In this document: positions 49,368 through 58,546 of the stretch, in pieces
Layout of the letters: the number at the start of each line of letters is the position of its first letter
Numbering within the stretch: position 1 is the first letter of the stretch
Assembly: GCA_963754925.1 (NCBI GenBank)
Contig: CAVWHX010000011.1
Location: 96,001-160,000, forward strand
Length of the DNA stretch: 64,000 bases
Direction: 5' to 3'
DNA from: an uncultured delta proteobacterium
GTDB lineage: Bacteria; Myxococcota; B64-G9
Translations under genes and position numbers: made by a program
Notes under the pieces: generated by a model
Told to the model about the DNA's origin: nothing
What the model saw: only the letters and a program-made list of their open reading frames with translations
The model's database searches: none

Positions 49368-50108
49368 ATGACGAGTACCACGAGAATCGGTTTTGTCGGC
49401 TGTCCTCCCGAAGAACAATTTTCGATTCTTCGCGAGCGCTATGGAACTATCGAATGGATCGACCTCGACAATGCCTCTGCGCAGATCGAGCCGGCGTCAT
49501 CACCGGTGCTGCCGGCAAACGTCTGCGCCATTGTCAAGCGGGTTATTGACAATGCTCTCGGACTCAGACTGGATGCAATTCTTTTCGATGAAGGGTATGG
49601 CAAGTGCGATCACGCCCGGGCCGCCGGCCGTCTGCTCGCCGATAAAGTCAGCGTGCCCGTGATTCGTACCCGCAACGACAATCGCCACGGCCGCGGAACA
49701 CCCCTTTCCGATAGCGCGCTACCGCTATGCGATAAAGCCGAGCGCATCCTGGCCGAACTGACCGACGAGGGCCCGCCGCCGGATTTTCCCGCCTGCACCC
49801 CACCCATGGCACTATGGGGGGTGCCGGCCGCCGACTTCGAAATCTATCGATTGTTTCCAGACGGCACTCGTTTGCTGGGTTGGTTCCGCTGTCTGGAGAA
49901 CCGCACCCCGGCGAATGAGCAACTCGAGCTCGAAGTGGATCCGCGCGTTCCAACGGTGTTCTTCGCCCAAACCTTTTGCCACAAAAATATCCTGGCTAAA
50001 GACTTAGCGCGGAGATTCAACGGACTCTATGTGGATATGGATGGGATACTAACGCAATCAACGCGGGCGAAAATCGAGACCTTTCTGCGTTTTAACGTTC
50101 GGTGTTGA
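49368..50108 (+). CDS. Hypothetical Cys-containing protein, possibly related to 2-hydroxyacyl-CoA dehydratase subunits
   Basis: NVCAIVK, GKCD, WFRC, QTFCHK, C-terminal KIETFL. Confidence 0.45.
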   Translation: MTSTTRIGFVGCPPEEQFSILRERYGTIEWIDLDNASAQIEPASSPVLPANVCAIVKRVIDNALGLRLDAILFDEGYGKCDHARAAGRLLADKVSVPVIRTRNDNRHGRGTPLSDSALPLCDKAERILAELTDEGPPPDFPACTPPMALWGVPAADFEIYRLFPDGTRLLGWFRCLENRTPANEQLELEVDPRVPTVFFAQTFCHKNILAKDLARRFNGLYVDMDGILTQSTRAKIETFLRFNVRC

Positions 50109-50228
50109 CTCATCCCCTCCCGAGTTTGACGTTAGATTAACTATCGGGGCAACAGCCAAATCCCGTTCAAAAGAATTTCCTTGCCTTATTCCGCAAAATT
50201 TCCTATGTCTTGAACCAAGATTCGATAA

Positions 50229-50246
50229 ATTGAATTTTAATTCAAT
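50229..50246. promoter_or_regulatory. Putative TetR operator
   Basis: ATTGAATT-TT-AATTCAAT palindrome ~30 bp upstream of the TetR gene. Confidence 0.55.
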
Positions 50247-50278
50247 AATTCGACTTTGAATTCACGAGGTCTTTCACG

Positions 50279-50914
50279 ATGAACCCGGTAACTCAAGGAC
50301 CGTTGCAAGAAGCTCGGAAGAAAGCATATCGGGTGGTCATCATAGCCACCGCCGAGCGAATTTTCGCCGATCGCGGATTTGAGGCTGCAAAAATCCAGGA
50401 TATTGCCGAGGAGATAGGAGTTTCGGTAGGAACCATCTATAGCGTCTTCGGAAGCAAATCAGAGCTGTTCGATGCCGTCTTGACCCATCGACTCCCGGAG
50501 CTTCTCGACATCATTCACAAAACCGCAGACAACGCTCCCAGTATCTTGGAAAAACTCATCGAGGGGCTGGACGCTTTTGTTATCTATATGCTTGAACATC
50601 CATACTATCTCCAGCTTCATCTGCGCGAGCATGCCTGGGGGTTGGGCCCCAACCGAGCGGCGAGCGGGCAGATAGTCGCGTGGCAAGAGGGCCTTGACCT
50701 TGAGGCAACGATTCTACAACTCGCTATGGACGAAGGAATTATCATCAAGGAAGATCCGCATCGTCTCGCTCGCTGTATCACGGCAATACACCAAGTTCAG
50801 CTCTGGGATTGGGTTGAAAACGGGATGAAAGAACCTCCCCGCACGGCTGCCGAGAGGATAAGAAAGCTCTTTTTGCAAATGTTTTGCATCAAGCAAGTGC
50901 AAAACACGCCCTGA
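50279..50914 (+). CDS. TetR/AcrR-family regulator
   Basis: AERIFADRGFEAAKIQDIAEEIGVSVGTIYSVFGSKSELF. Confidence 0.92.
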   Translation: MNPVTQGPLQEARKKAYRVVIIATAERIFADRGFEAAKIQDIAEEIGVSVGTIYSVFGSKSELFDAVLTHRLPELLDIIHKTADNAPSILEKLIEGLDAFVIYMLEHPYYLQLHLREHAWGLGPNRAASGQIVAWQEGLDLEATILQLAMDEGIIIKEDPHRLARCITAIHQVQLWDWVENGMKEPPRTAAERIRKLFLQMFCIKQVQNTP

Positions 50915-51006
50915 TTCACCGCTCATTCTGAGGCACGTCGACCACCATAAGCCCCGAATGATGGCGTACCGCAAATTTATTTCCCTGGTGGCGGAGGGTT
51001 GGCAGT

Positions 51007-52347
51007 ATGAGAAAGATACTCTTCATCAATCCATCATACAAAGACACGGTTTTTGGCAAGATGAGGACCTTGGTCTTGCCGCCTTTGGGGTTAGCGACCC
51101 TGGCCAGCAGAACCCCTGATACCTACGATTGCTCAATAGTCGATGAGAATGTAGATGAAGTTGTCTTTGACACCGATGCCGACCTGGTCGCGGTTACGGC
51201 TACAACCGTTCAAGCGCCGCGGGCTTACGCCATAATCAAGGAATTTAAAAAAAGGGGAATTCCTACGATTATGGGTGGAATTCACGCATCGGTAATGACC
51301 GAGGAGGCATCCAACTATGCCGATTCAGTTTTCGTCGGCGAAGCAGATGATTTCTGGGCCGGGGTCTTGAACGACTTTGAAAAAGGCGCTCTCAAACAAA
51401 TCTATAGAGCGAATTCGTACCCGAGCTTGGCAAACCTTCCGAAGATAGATAGACAACTTTTTTCGAAAAAGTATTTCATCCAATCGGTACAAACGTCGAG
51501 GGGATGCCCGTGCGATTGTTCTTTTTGTTCCGTAACCCGATTCAACGGCCGAAAACACCGATTCAGACCAGTAGCTGAGGTCGTAGAAGAAGTTGGCCAA
51601 TTAGAGGAGAAACGGTTTTTTGTCGCCGATGACAGCATTGTTGGTCTCGGAAAAGAAGGCGTTGTGCATGCGAGGAATTTATTCAATGGATTGAAGGGGC
51701 TGGGCAAATCGTGGGGAGCGCAAGTCTGTATAACGATAGCTGAGCACGATGATCTTTTACGTGCAGCCTCCCAAGCAGGCGCCAACACGTTCTATATAGG
51801 GTTTGAATCCCTTGAATCAGAATCATTAAAGCTGATGAATAAAGGTATCAATCTCAGATCCGCCATTCGAAACTATCATGATACCATCAAAAGAATACAC
51901 GACCATGGCATAGGAATAATCGGCGGGTTCATTTTGGGCAGCGATACGGATACCAAGGACATTTTTGAGAAGACTATAGACTTTATACACGAAAGTGAAA
52001 TAGACGCCTGTCAATTCACCATTATGACTCCCTTTCCCGGAACTCGATTTTATGAGCAAATGCAGCATGAAAGCAGATTGCTATACACCGATTATCCCCA
52101 CGACTGGAAAAGATATAATGCCTATGAGGCGGTCATCAAACCCAAGAATATGACCATACCAGAATTACAAAACGGGCAGCGGATGATATACGAGGCTACC
52201 TCGACGATGGGCAAGTCATTTGCAAGAGGACTAAAAACTCTTATCAACACCGGCAGTATGGTCAATTCCCTGACCGGATTTTTCTGGAACTATTATTCCT
52301 ACAAGGCAATTCTGTCGGTGTTGGATTCGACTTCAAGCAACAACTAA
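51007..52347 (+). CDS. B12-binding radical SAM protein
   Basis: PPLGLATLA, GGIHAS, GEAD, SRGCPCDCSFC, GFES, TPFPGT. Confidence 0.92.
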   Translation: MRKILFINPSYKDTVFGKMRTLVLPPLGLATLASRTPDTYDCSIVDENVDEVVFDTDADLVAVTATTVQAPRAYAIIKEFKKRGIPTIMGGIHASVMTEEASNYADSVFVGEADDFWAGVLNDFEKGALKQIYRANSYPSLANLPKIDRQLFSKKYFIQSVQTSRGCPCDCSFCSVTRFNGRKHRFRPVAEVVEEVGQLEEKRFFVADDSIVGLGKEGVVHARNLFNGLKGLGKSWGAQVCITIAEHDDLLRAASQAGANTFYIGFESLESESLKLMNKGINLRSAIRNYHDTIKRIHDHGIGIIGGFILGSDTDTKDIFEKTIDFIHESEIDACQFTIMTPFPGTRFYEQMQHESRLLYTDYPHDWKRYNAYEAVIKPKNMTIPELQNGQRMIYEATSTMGKSFARGLKTLINTGSMVNSLTGFFWNYYSYKAILSVLDSTSSNN

Positions 52348-52379
52348 TCTGATTTTCTGGCGGTGTTTCAATCAGCCTC

Positions 52380-52496
52380 AGGGGCGCAGGCACCCCTAAG
52401 CTCTCTTTCCTGGCGGAGACCGGAAAGCACGCCAAGGGGTGCCTGGCCAGGAGCCCGTTAGCGAGCTTTGCTCGCATTACGGGCGCCTGCGCCCCT
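52380..52496. repeat. Nested palindromic repeat between convergent genes
   Basis: Outer AGGGGCGCAGG...CCTGCGCCCCT; contains the 59-bp hairpin also found at 14511-14569 and an inverted family-B hairpin. Confidence 0.8.
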
Positions 52497-52513
52497 TCAT
52501 CGTTGCCTACCAT

Positions 52514-53383
52514 TCATCCCTTCGACGAATATTCAAAAAAACCCTTGCCGGTCTTGATCCCCAGATCGCCCCGATCCACGTATGCTTTCAGCATGTCCGC
52601 GCTCTTCTGCGCGCGGCGGTCGTTTTTCTTTTTCGCCCAGTAGTCGGTTATATGCCAGACGGTTTCAAGGCCGACGATGTCCATCAGCGCAAACGGTCCA
52701 ACCGGCATGTAGGTGACTTCTTTCCATGCGCGGTCCACCTCCTGCGGGGACACCACATCCTGCGATACCAGATTCAACGCTGCCAGGAGCCAGGGATTGA
52801 GAAGCGCGTTGAAAACGTATCCGGGGTTCTCCCGTTTGAGTACGATGGGTGAATGCTTGATGAGTTCACCGAAGCCTCTGACCGTCTCCAAGGTCTCGGG
52901 CGCCGTGCCCGGGTGCGGCATCACATCCACCAGCTTGGACCCCGGGTGAAAATGAAATGCACAAAACCTATCGGGGCGTCCGGTCTTATCTGCAAACAAC
53001 GACGGGACCAGTGACGACGAGTTGGTGGTGAATAGGGTGCGGCTTGGGCAAACGGCGTTCAATTTGGCGAAGAAGTCGCCTTTGATATTCGGGTCCTCGG
53101 GAATCGATTCGCTGACCAGGTCGATGTCGACTCCCGCGGCCGCGAGGTCGGTGGTTGCGCTGATTTTGTTCTTAGCTTCGTTGGCTGCTTCCTTGGTAAT
53201 GTCGCCACGTGCGGCTGCGGAACCTATTTTCTTACCAATGGATTCCAGCGCCTTCGTGAGGATGTCCTCCTTGATATCGTACAGCACGACGGCAAATCCG
53301 TTGAGCGCACAGGCGAGGCCAATGTGGCGCCCCATAGTCCCGGCGCCGGCGATGAGAACCCGCTTGATATCTTCGGCTTTCAT
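52514..53383 (-). CDS. 3-hydroxyacyl-CoA dehydrogenase
   Basis: GAGTMG, ESIPE, TNSSS, HFH, PGYVFN, GPFALMDIVGL, GIKTGKGFF. Confidence 0.93.
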   Translation of the reverse strand: MKAEDIKRVLIAGAGTMGRHIGLACALNGFAVVLYDIKEDILTKALESIGKKIGSAAARGDITKEAANEAKNKISATTDLAAAGVDIDLVSESIPEDPNIKGDFFAKLNAVCPSRTLFTTNSSSLVPSLFADKTGRPDRFCAFHFHPGSKLVDVMPHPGTAPETLETVRGFGELIKHSPIVLKRENPGYVFNALLNPWLLAALNLVSQDVVSPQEVDRAWKEVTYMPVGPFALMDIVGLETVWHITDYWAKKKNDRRAQKSADMLKAYVDRGDLGIKTGKGFFEYSSKG

Positions 53384-53404
53384 GTCGTCCTCCTGGTGAA
53401 CCGA

Positions 53405-53695
53405 CTAAACGATTTCGTTGCAGGTCTTGATGTCCATACCCGGTTCAAGCAACGGAAGAAGCTTCTCAAGGGTTTTGGGAAAGTTTGCGGAATGTGTCTT
53501 GAGCGCGTCCTTGTCCGCATACTTCTCGTACATCATAATAACGTTTTCGTTGCCGGCCCCTTTTACGGTGTGGGGAACGTACGCAAGACAGCCGGGCTCG
53601 TCTAGCTTGATTTTAGCAACCACGTCTTTTATGGCCGCTTTGGCATCGTTCATCTTTCCCTCTTTAACTGTTAGCGTCGCAAATATGGTTATCAC
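53405..53695 (-). CDS. ABM/quinol monooxygenase family protein
   Basis: EPGCLAY, MYEKYADKDALKTH; GGAGG RBS. Confidence 0.82.
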   Translation of the reverse strand: MITIFATLTVKEGKMNDAKAAIKDVVAKIKLDEPGCLAYVPHTVKGAGNENVIMMYEKYADKDALKTHSANFPKTLEKLLPLLEPGMDIKTCNEIV

Positions 53696-53916
53696 CGTTC
53701 ACCTCCTCCGCGACTTATTATTCTGAATCCGTTTCGCTGTCAATAAGCTCGATGGGTGGGGTGTCTATTTGCGAATGCGTAAATTATATCTTGCTTTCTT
53801 TTATATCCTCAATAAAACTGAGCTGACCTCGCATCCATCAACATAAAGAATGAAAGATAGAAGATTCAAAGAATCTATTTTTGTCGTTTATCGTTTGTGA
53901 GGGAGGAGGAAAGAGT

Positions 53917-55755
53917 ATGCAGAAGAAATTCACATTACTATTTCAGCGGTTTCAATTTGCAACAGCATGGGTGATCCTTCTTTCAGTGTTAGCCACTATC
54001 CTTGGTTGCGGCAATTTAACCAGCGAAGTGTTAGCCACTATCCTTGGTTGCGGCAATTCAACCAGCGATAGGAAAACAGTGACCACGGCGTTTGGCGGCG
54101 TTAACGGGTATGCAAAGAACGACACCTGGATATGGAAAGGCATTCCTTATGCCAAACCACCCGTGGGAGCGCTGCGCTGGAAGGCGCCGGTGGATCCGGA
54201 TGCGTGGACCGATGTTCTCGAGGCAACCTCCTCATGCAGCGAGTGTTCACAGCAGGTAACCGATAAATTCTGGCGCCCTTCGGATGCGTTTACCGGTAGT
54301 GAGGACTGTCTCTGTTTAGACATTTACCGTCCTAAGACTAATACGACAGGCTTGCCCGTCTTCGTCTGGATTCATGGCGGGGCCAACACTATCGGCTCGG
54401 CCCACCTTTATGACGGAACAACCCTGACCAAACGAGGCAACATGATTGTCGTCATTATCCAGTATCGCTTGAATATGCTGGGCTGGTTGACGCACCCAGC
54501 GCTACGAGCAAGCGGAACGGCGCAGGATAAGTCGGGTAATTACGGCACGCTTGACACCATGAAGGCCCTGGCCTGGGTTCAGAACAACATTACCGCTTTC
54601 GGCGGCGATCCCACGAACGTGACTATCGGCGGCCAATCCGCCGGCGGACAACATGTCATGAACCTGATCATCTCTCCCCTCCCTAACAACTTTCAAAAGG
54701 CCTTTGCCGAAAGTCCGGCTTTGTCGGAAATGATGCCGCTTCGAACCTTGGACCAGGGCGATACACAGACCAACGCAATCATTAATTATCTCCTGGTCAA
54801 TGACGGAACGGCTATTGATGCCGCAGCCGCAGCTACCTACCGTGAAGGTATGAGCACGGCAGATATCGCAACCTATCTGCGAAGCAAAACCGCCGAGCAA
54901 ATATTAAGAGCAGCCCTTTATGGCCCCGGTGCTCCCTTTGGTGCTACGTATGCCGCCATGCCCGCGCCCACGGGCTTCATGGATGGCACCGTTCTTCCAG
55001 ACACAAGCTGGCTGGATACGATTAACTACGGAAATTTCAAGAAGGTTCCCCTGATTATCGGCAATGTCCAGTATGAATATAAAGATTTAATGACGCTTGG
55101 TGCTTCCGCATTAAAAGCGTTTGTTGGCGTTCCGTCGGGACCCTACTCCTGGAATGAGCTGTATGATGTTCTTGATGGCACAAAAACGCTGGGTGAAGTG
55201 TTGCCAACCGATAACAACCATCTTGAATATGAACAAGCCGGCTTGCTCAAAACCCGCAAATGGCAGGCCGAGTGCAACGCAATCGCGAGGGCTATAAAGG
55301 CAAAAGATTCTTCGAACACGGTCTATTCTTATCTTTTTACCTGGGCCGGCGGTGGAGACCCAGCTCTGGCGGACTTTAAATTTATTTTCGGCGCATCTCA
55401 CGCTCAGGATATAGCTTTCTTCTTCGGGGAGAGCACCGACTTGTTCAAAGGTTATTCCTTCACGGCGGCCAACAAGACCGGACGTGTGGCGCTCCAAGGG
55501 GCTATGATGGATTACTTGACGTCGTATGTGAGAACAGGTGACCCCACTCCATCAGGCTCTGCACTTCCTACCTGGATGCAGTGGTCCAACACCGATGGTG
55601 ATCCGAAGTTTATTAGTTTCGATGCGGATCTCAATAGCGTTTTGATCAGCATGGATTCAACAGAAACGACCGATGACATCGTCAATGCGGAAATTAGCGC
55701 GGCGCTAACCGCCAATCCCGGATTTTCGTTATTGTTCTCTGTTCTCGGCATTTAG
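53917..55755 (+). CDS. Type-B carboxylesterase lipoprotein
   Basis: GIPYAKPPVGALRW, SEDCL, HGGA, GQSAG, GASHAQD; duplicated ILG-C lipobox. Confidence 0.9.
   Translation: MQKKFTLLFQRFQFATAWVILLSVLATILGCGNLTSEVLATILGCGNSTSDRKTVTTAFGGVNGYAKNDTWIWKGIPYAKPPVGALRWKAPVDPDAWTDVLEATSSCSECSQQVTDKFWRPSDAFTGSEDCLCLDIYRPKTNTTGLPVFVWIHGGANTIGSAHLYDGTTLTKRGNMIVVIIQYRLNMLGWLTHPALRASGTAQDKSGNYGTLDTMKALAWVQNNITAFGGDPTNVTIGGQSAGGQHVMNLIISPLPNNFQKAFAESPALSEMMPLRTLDQGDTQTNAIINYLLVNDGTAIDAAAAATYREGMSTADIATYLRSKTAEQILRAALYGPGAPFGATYAAMPAPTGFMDGTVLPDTSWLDTINYGNFKKVPLIIGNVQYEYKDLMTLGASALKAFVGVPSGPYSWNELYDVLDGTKTLGEVLPTDNNHLEYEQAGLLKTRKWQAECNAIARAIKAKDSSNTVYSYLFTWAGGGDPALADFKFIFGASHAQDIAFFFGESTDLFKGYSFTAANKTGRVALQGAMMDYLTSYVRTGDPTPSGSALPTWMQWSNTDGDPKFISFDADLNSVLISMDSTETTDDIVNAEISAALTANPGFSLLFSVLGI
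53985..54068 (+). repeat. 42-bp in-frame tandem duplication
   Basis: AGTGTTAGCCACTATCCTTGGTTGCGGCAATT(T/C)AACCAGCGA twice, one mismatch. Confidence 0.95.
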
Positions 55756-55820
55756 CCTTAGGTGCCATAGAAAACCGAAAACGGGAATGCCGGCAGCAGG
55801 ACAAAGCGTCTCACCGGCAA

Positions 55821-57017
55821 TCAGGATTGTTTTTCAAGGCCATTGATAATGGCGTCGATGCTTCGGTCAAAGCGACCGTTCGTTGTCATGACCGTCGGGA
55901 CCGAAATAATAATCTCAATGGTATTTCCATGACCTGCCAACACGACCGAATAGGGATATAGTTCGGAGCCCGGCGGAATGGCCCAGAAAGCCGTCGCACG
56001 AAATCCGCCCCCCGAAAAATCTTCGAGTCGCTTTTTCCCGAGATTGGATATGAGCGCCGAAGCGTTATAGAGACCCTGTGCGTTATTACGGGTTATCCTT
56101 CCGGTGATGAGCCTGCGTATTAACGCAAGGGGCATATAGCGCATCAACTCATCCCCGGGGTACAGCATGCCATCTCGGCACTCATTGAGCTGTTGGCTGA
56201 TGTTGCTGTCAATCTCATCATAGGTTTCATGAGGATCGACATCCACATAGATGAGATTCGTCAGGTTGCTTACCGATCGAAGCCCCTTTTTCCGGGGCCG
56301 CAGGTCGACGGGAATTCCAATCCGCACCGCTCCGTTTGAATAGGTCCGGGCTTGCTGCGCCAAGATGACCGCTACCTGTGACAGAACCTTCGGGTAGGCG
56401 CCTGTGATCTGAATCCGACGCCAGTATATACTTTTCGCACATCCTTCGGCTCTGCCCGTCGGCGGAATATAGCGCGCGGGAGAGAGATTCCTTCCGTTTT
56501 TCTGAAAACTCCGCGCCAGTTCCTGTTCGATTGTCCGGGAGTCGGATCCGATGACCGGTTCACCCCGGAGGGCACGGAATACATCCTCTGCCAGAGTTTG
56601 AGTGCCCCGACCATCCATCACGCCATGATGGGTGCGGAACGCCACGCGCAGGGGGGTGCCATGGATCAGGAGGATTTCGCAACTGGGGCCGTCAAACGGC
56701 GAGAGCGGCGTGTTAAGGAATTCGGCGTTATTGGAATCAAAACCCGACCAGCCGCCCCCGTCGATTTCCCTCACTGGCGGCGGTTTGCCCGAATCGACCC
56801 AGCGGGCGGCGTTGAGGAATCCCCTCACTATCAGGCGGCACCCGGTATTTGCTTCAGCGGCTTTTTCAATCGCGTTGCGCCAGAGGCCGAGATCAAAAAC
56901 CCCGGTGCCTTCCCAGAAATACTGGTTCGCGAAAGGGGGATACAGGTTACCGAGAACTACATACGCGCGTTCGGTTGATGACACGATGCGGACATATCTC
57001 TTACTCATGTCGGGCAA
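55821..57017 (-). CDS. Stand-alone condensation-fold (CoA-dependent acyltransferase) protein, copy 3
   Basis: FRTHHGVMDGRG, IPVDLR, SNLG. Confidence 0.8.
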   Translation of the reverse strand: MPDMSKRYVRIVSSTERAYVVLGNLYPPFANQYFWEGTGVFDLGLWRNAIEKAAEANTGCRLIVRGFLNAARWVDSGKPPPVREIDGGGWSGFDSNNAEFLNTPLSPFDGPSCEILLIHGTPLRVAFRTHHGVMDGRGTQTLAEDVFRALRGEPVIGSDSRTIEQELARSFQKNGRNLSPARYIPPTGRAEGCAKSIYWRRIQITGAYPKVLSQVAVILAQQARTYSNGAVRIGIPVDLRPRKKGLRSVSNLTNLIYVDVDPHETYDEIDSNISQQLNECRDGMLYPGDELMRYMPLALIRRLITGRITRNNAQGLYNASALISNLGKKRLEDFSGGGFRATAFWAIPPGSELYPYSVVLAGHGNTIEIIISVPTVMTTNGRFDRSIDAIINGLEKQS

Positions 57018-57042
57018 AAATTATCGTCTTTTGATCAGGTTG

Positions 57043-58233
57043 TTATTTTAATGAAGCATTGATTCTTTCCAGCAACCCGTCAATTCGGTTCCCGGTCGCC
57101 ATCCTGCGCGGCAACGAAATAACCATCTCAATACTATCGCCGTATCCGGCCAGTCCTATGAAAAAGGGGACGTAGTCGTTAACGGGGGGGATGCCCCACA
57201 TGGCGGTGCAGGTGAATCCGTTCGCGTGATATAGGTCAAGTTTTAGTTTGCCCATATTGGAAACGATGCCTGATATACTGTATAATCCCTTTTTATGTCT
57301 GTCATCGATCACCTTTTTTGCCAACTTACCGAGCAGCCACAGGGGAACATACCGTGCCATGTCATCCCGGGGTGAGAGCATGCCTTCACGTTTTTCCACT
57401 ATTTGACGGGTTATCTCCTCGGTGAGCTGCTCGGCGGTCGTATCTTTTTTAATTTCTACGTAGATGGCGTAGGTTAGGTTGGCGGTTGAAACAAGGCCCG
57501 GCATGCGGAAACGCATGTCAACCGGAATCGCGAACCTGACCACGCCGTCCGAGTGGCTCCAGGCCTCGCGCGCCACCTGCAACGCTACCTGCGCCAGCAG
57601 GTTGTGATACTTACCTTTGAGCCGAAACCGGCGGGTTATTACTCCGTTTTCGCAGCCTTCGGCCCTGCCGGTAGGCGCAATATGTTCGGTGGGGTATGGC
57701 TTTCTCTTTTCTTTTTGAAAACTGTGCGCCAGTTCGAAATCGTTGATCGGTGAACGTGAGCCGATGCAGGGCTCGCCTCGAAGCGCCCGAAAGGTATCTT
57801 CTATCCAGAGCGAGGTGCCCCGGCCGTCCATGACGGCGTGGTGGGTCCGGAATATGGCGCGCAGCGGATCGCCGTCGATAAGAATAACTTCACAGGTTGG
57901 ACCTTTCTCGGGGAAAAGGGGCCTTTTGAAAAAGGGGACGGTTTCAGGCTTGTCCCATTCCCCGCTGCCCTGGCCTGCCTCTATAATGGGCGGCGCGAGG
58001 CCGGTATCCACCCAGCGGCAGGTCCACAGGAATCCTTTAAGCACCATGCGGGTTCCCGGGTTGGCCGCCGACGCGGTTTCGACCGCCGATCTCCAGCGCT
58101 CGCGATCGAAGACGCCTTTTCCCTCGATTATGAACTGATTCGCCAGGGGCGGATATAATTTATCCGCCACGACGAAAATACGATCATTAAACGAGAGTTT
58201 TCTGGTATATCTTTTTTGCATTTTGAGCTGCAC
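57043..58233 (-). CDS. Stand-alone condensation-fold protein, copy 2
   Basis: FRTHHAVMDGRG, IPVDMR, SNMG. Confidence 0.8.
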   Translation of the reverse strand: MQLKMQKRYTRKLSFNDRIFVVADKLYPPLANQFIIEGKGVFDRERWRSAVETASAANPGTRMVLKGFLWTCRWVDTGLAPPIIEAGQGSGEWDKPETVPFFKRPLFPEKGPTCEVILIDGDPLRAIFRTHHAVMDGRGTSLWIEDTFRALRGEPCIGSRSPINDFELAHSFQKEKRKPYPTEHIAPTGRAEGCENGVITRRFRLKGKYHNLLAQVALQVAREAWSHSDGVVRFAIPVDMRFRMPGLVSTANLTYAIYVEIKKDTTAEQLTEEITRQIVEKREGMLSPRDDMARYVPLWLLGKLAKKVIDDRHKKGLYSISGIVSNMGKLKLDLYHANGFTCTAMWGIPPVNDYVPFFIGLAGYGDSIEMVISLPRRMATGNRIDGLLERINASLK

Positions 58234-58297
58234 TGTTAGAAATAATTTTTAGTATTATATATCAACATCGTGAAAAATCATTGTCAAGTCATTGTTG

Positions 58298-58535
58298 AGT
58301 AGTGTTTCAGTTTGCCGGTGGCTTACGGGTGTTCGTCGAACGACACGGCAAACTGACCCACAACCGAATACATTGTCATATCGACCGAAGGGAGATATCT
58401 AAATACGATCTCATTAGTAGTTTAGATTTCTCGCTGTCCCTAAAGGGATTAGAGCCCGTATAGCTCACTGCGTTCGCTAACGGGCTCTAACGCTCGAAAT
58501 GACAATACTGCAAAGCTGCAAAATGACCCATTACT
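58298..58535. mobile_element. Composite MITE with IS1-like ends
   Basis: Ends AGTAGTGTTTCAGTTTG and (reverse complement) AGTAATGGGTCATTTTG; 8-bp direct repeat CATTGTTG at 58290-58297 and 58536-58543; internal hairpin repeats. Confidence 0.75.
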
Positions 58536-58546
58536 CATTGTTGGAA

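Noticed and set aside
58254..58287. TTGACA and TATAAT on the minus strand before condensation copy 2
   Set aside because: Spacing is 22 bp, too long for a sigma70 promoter
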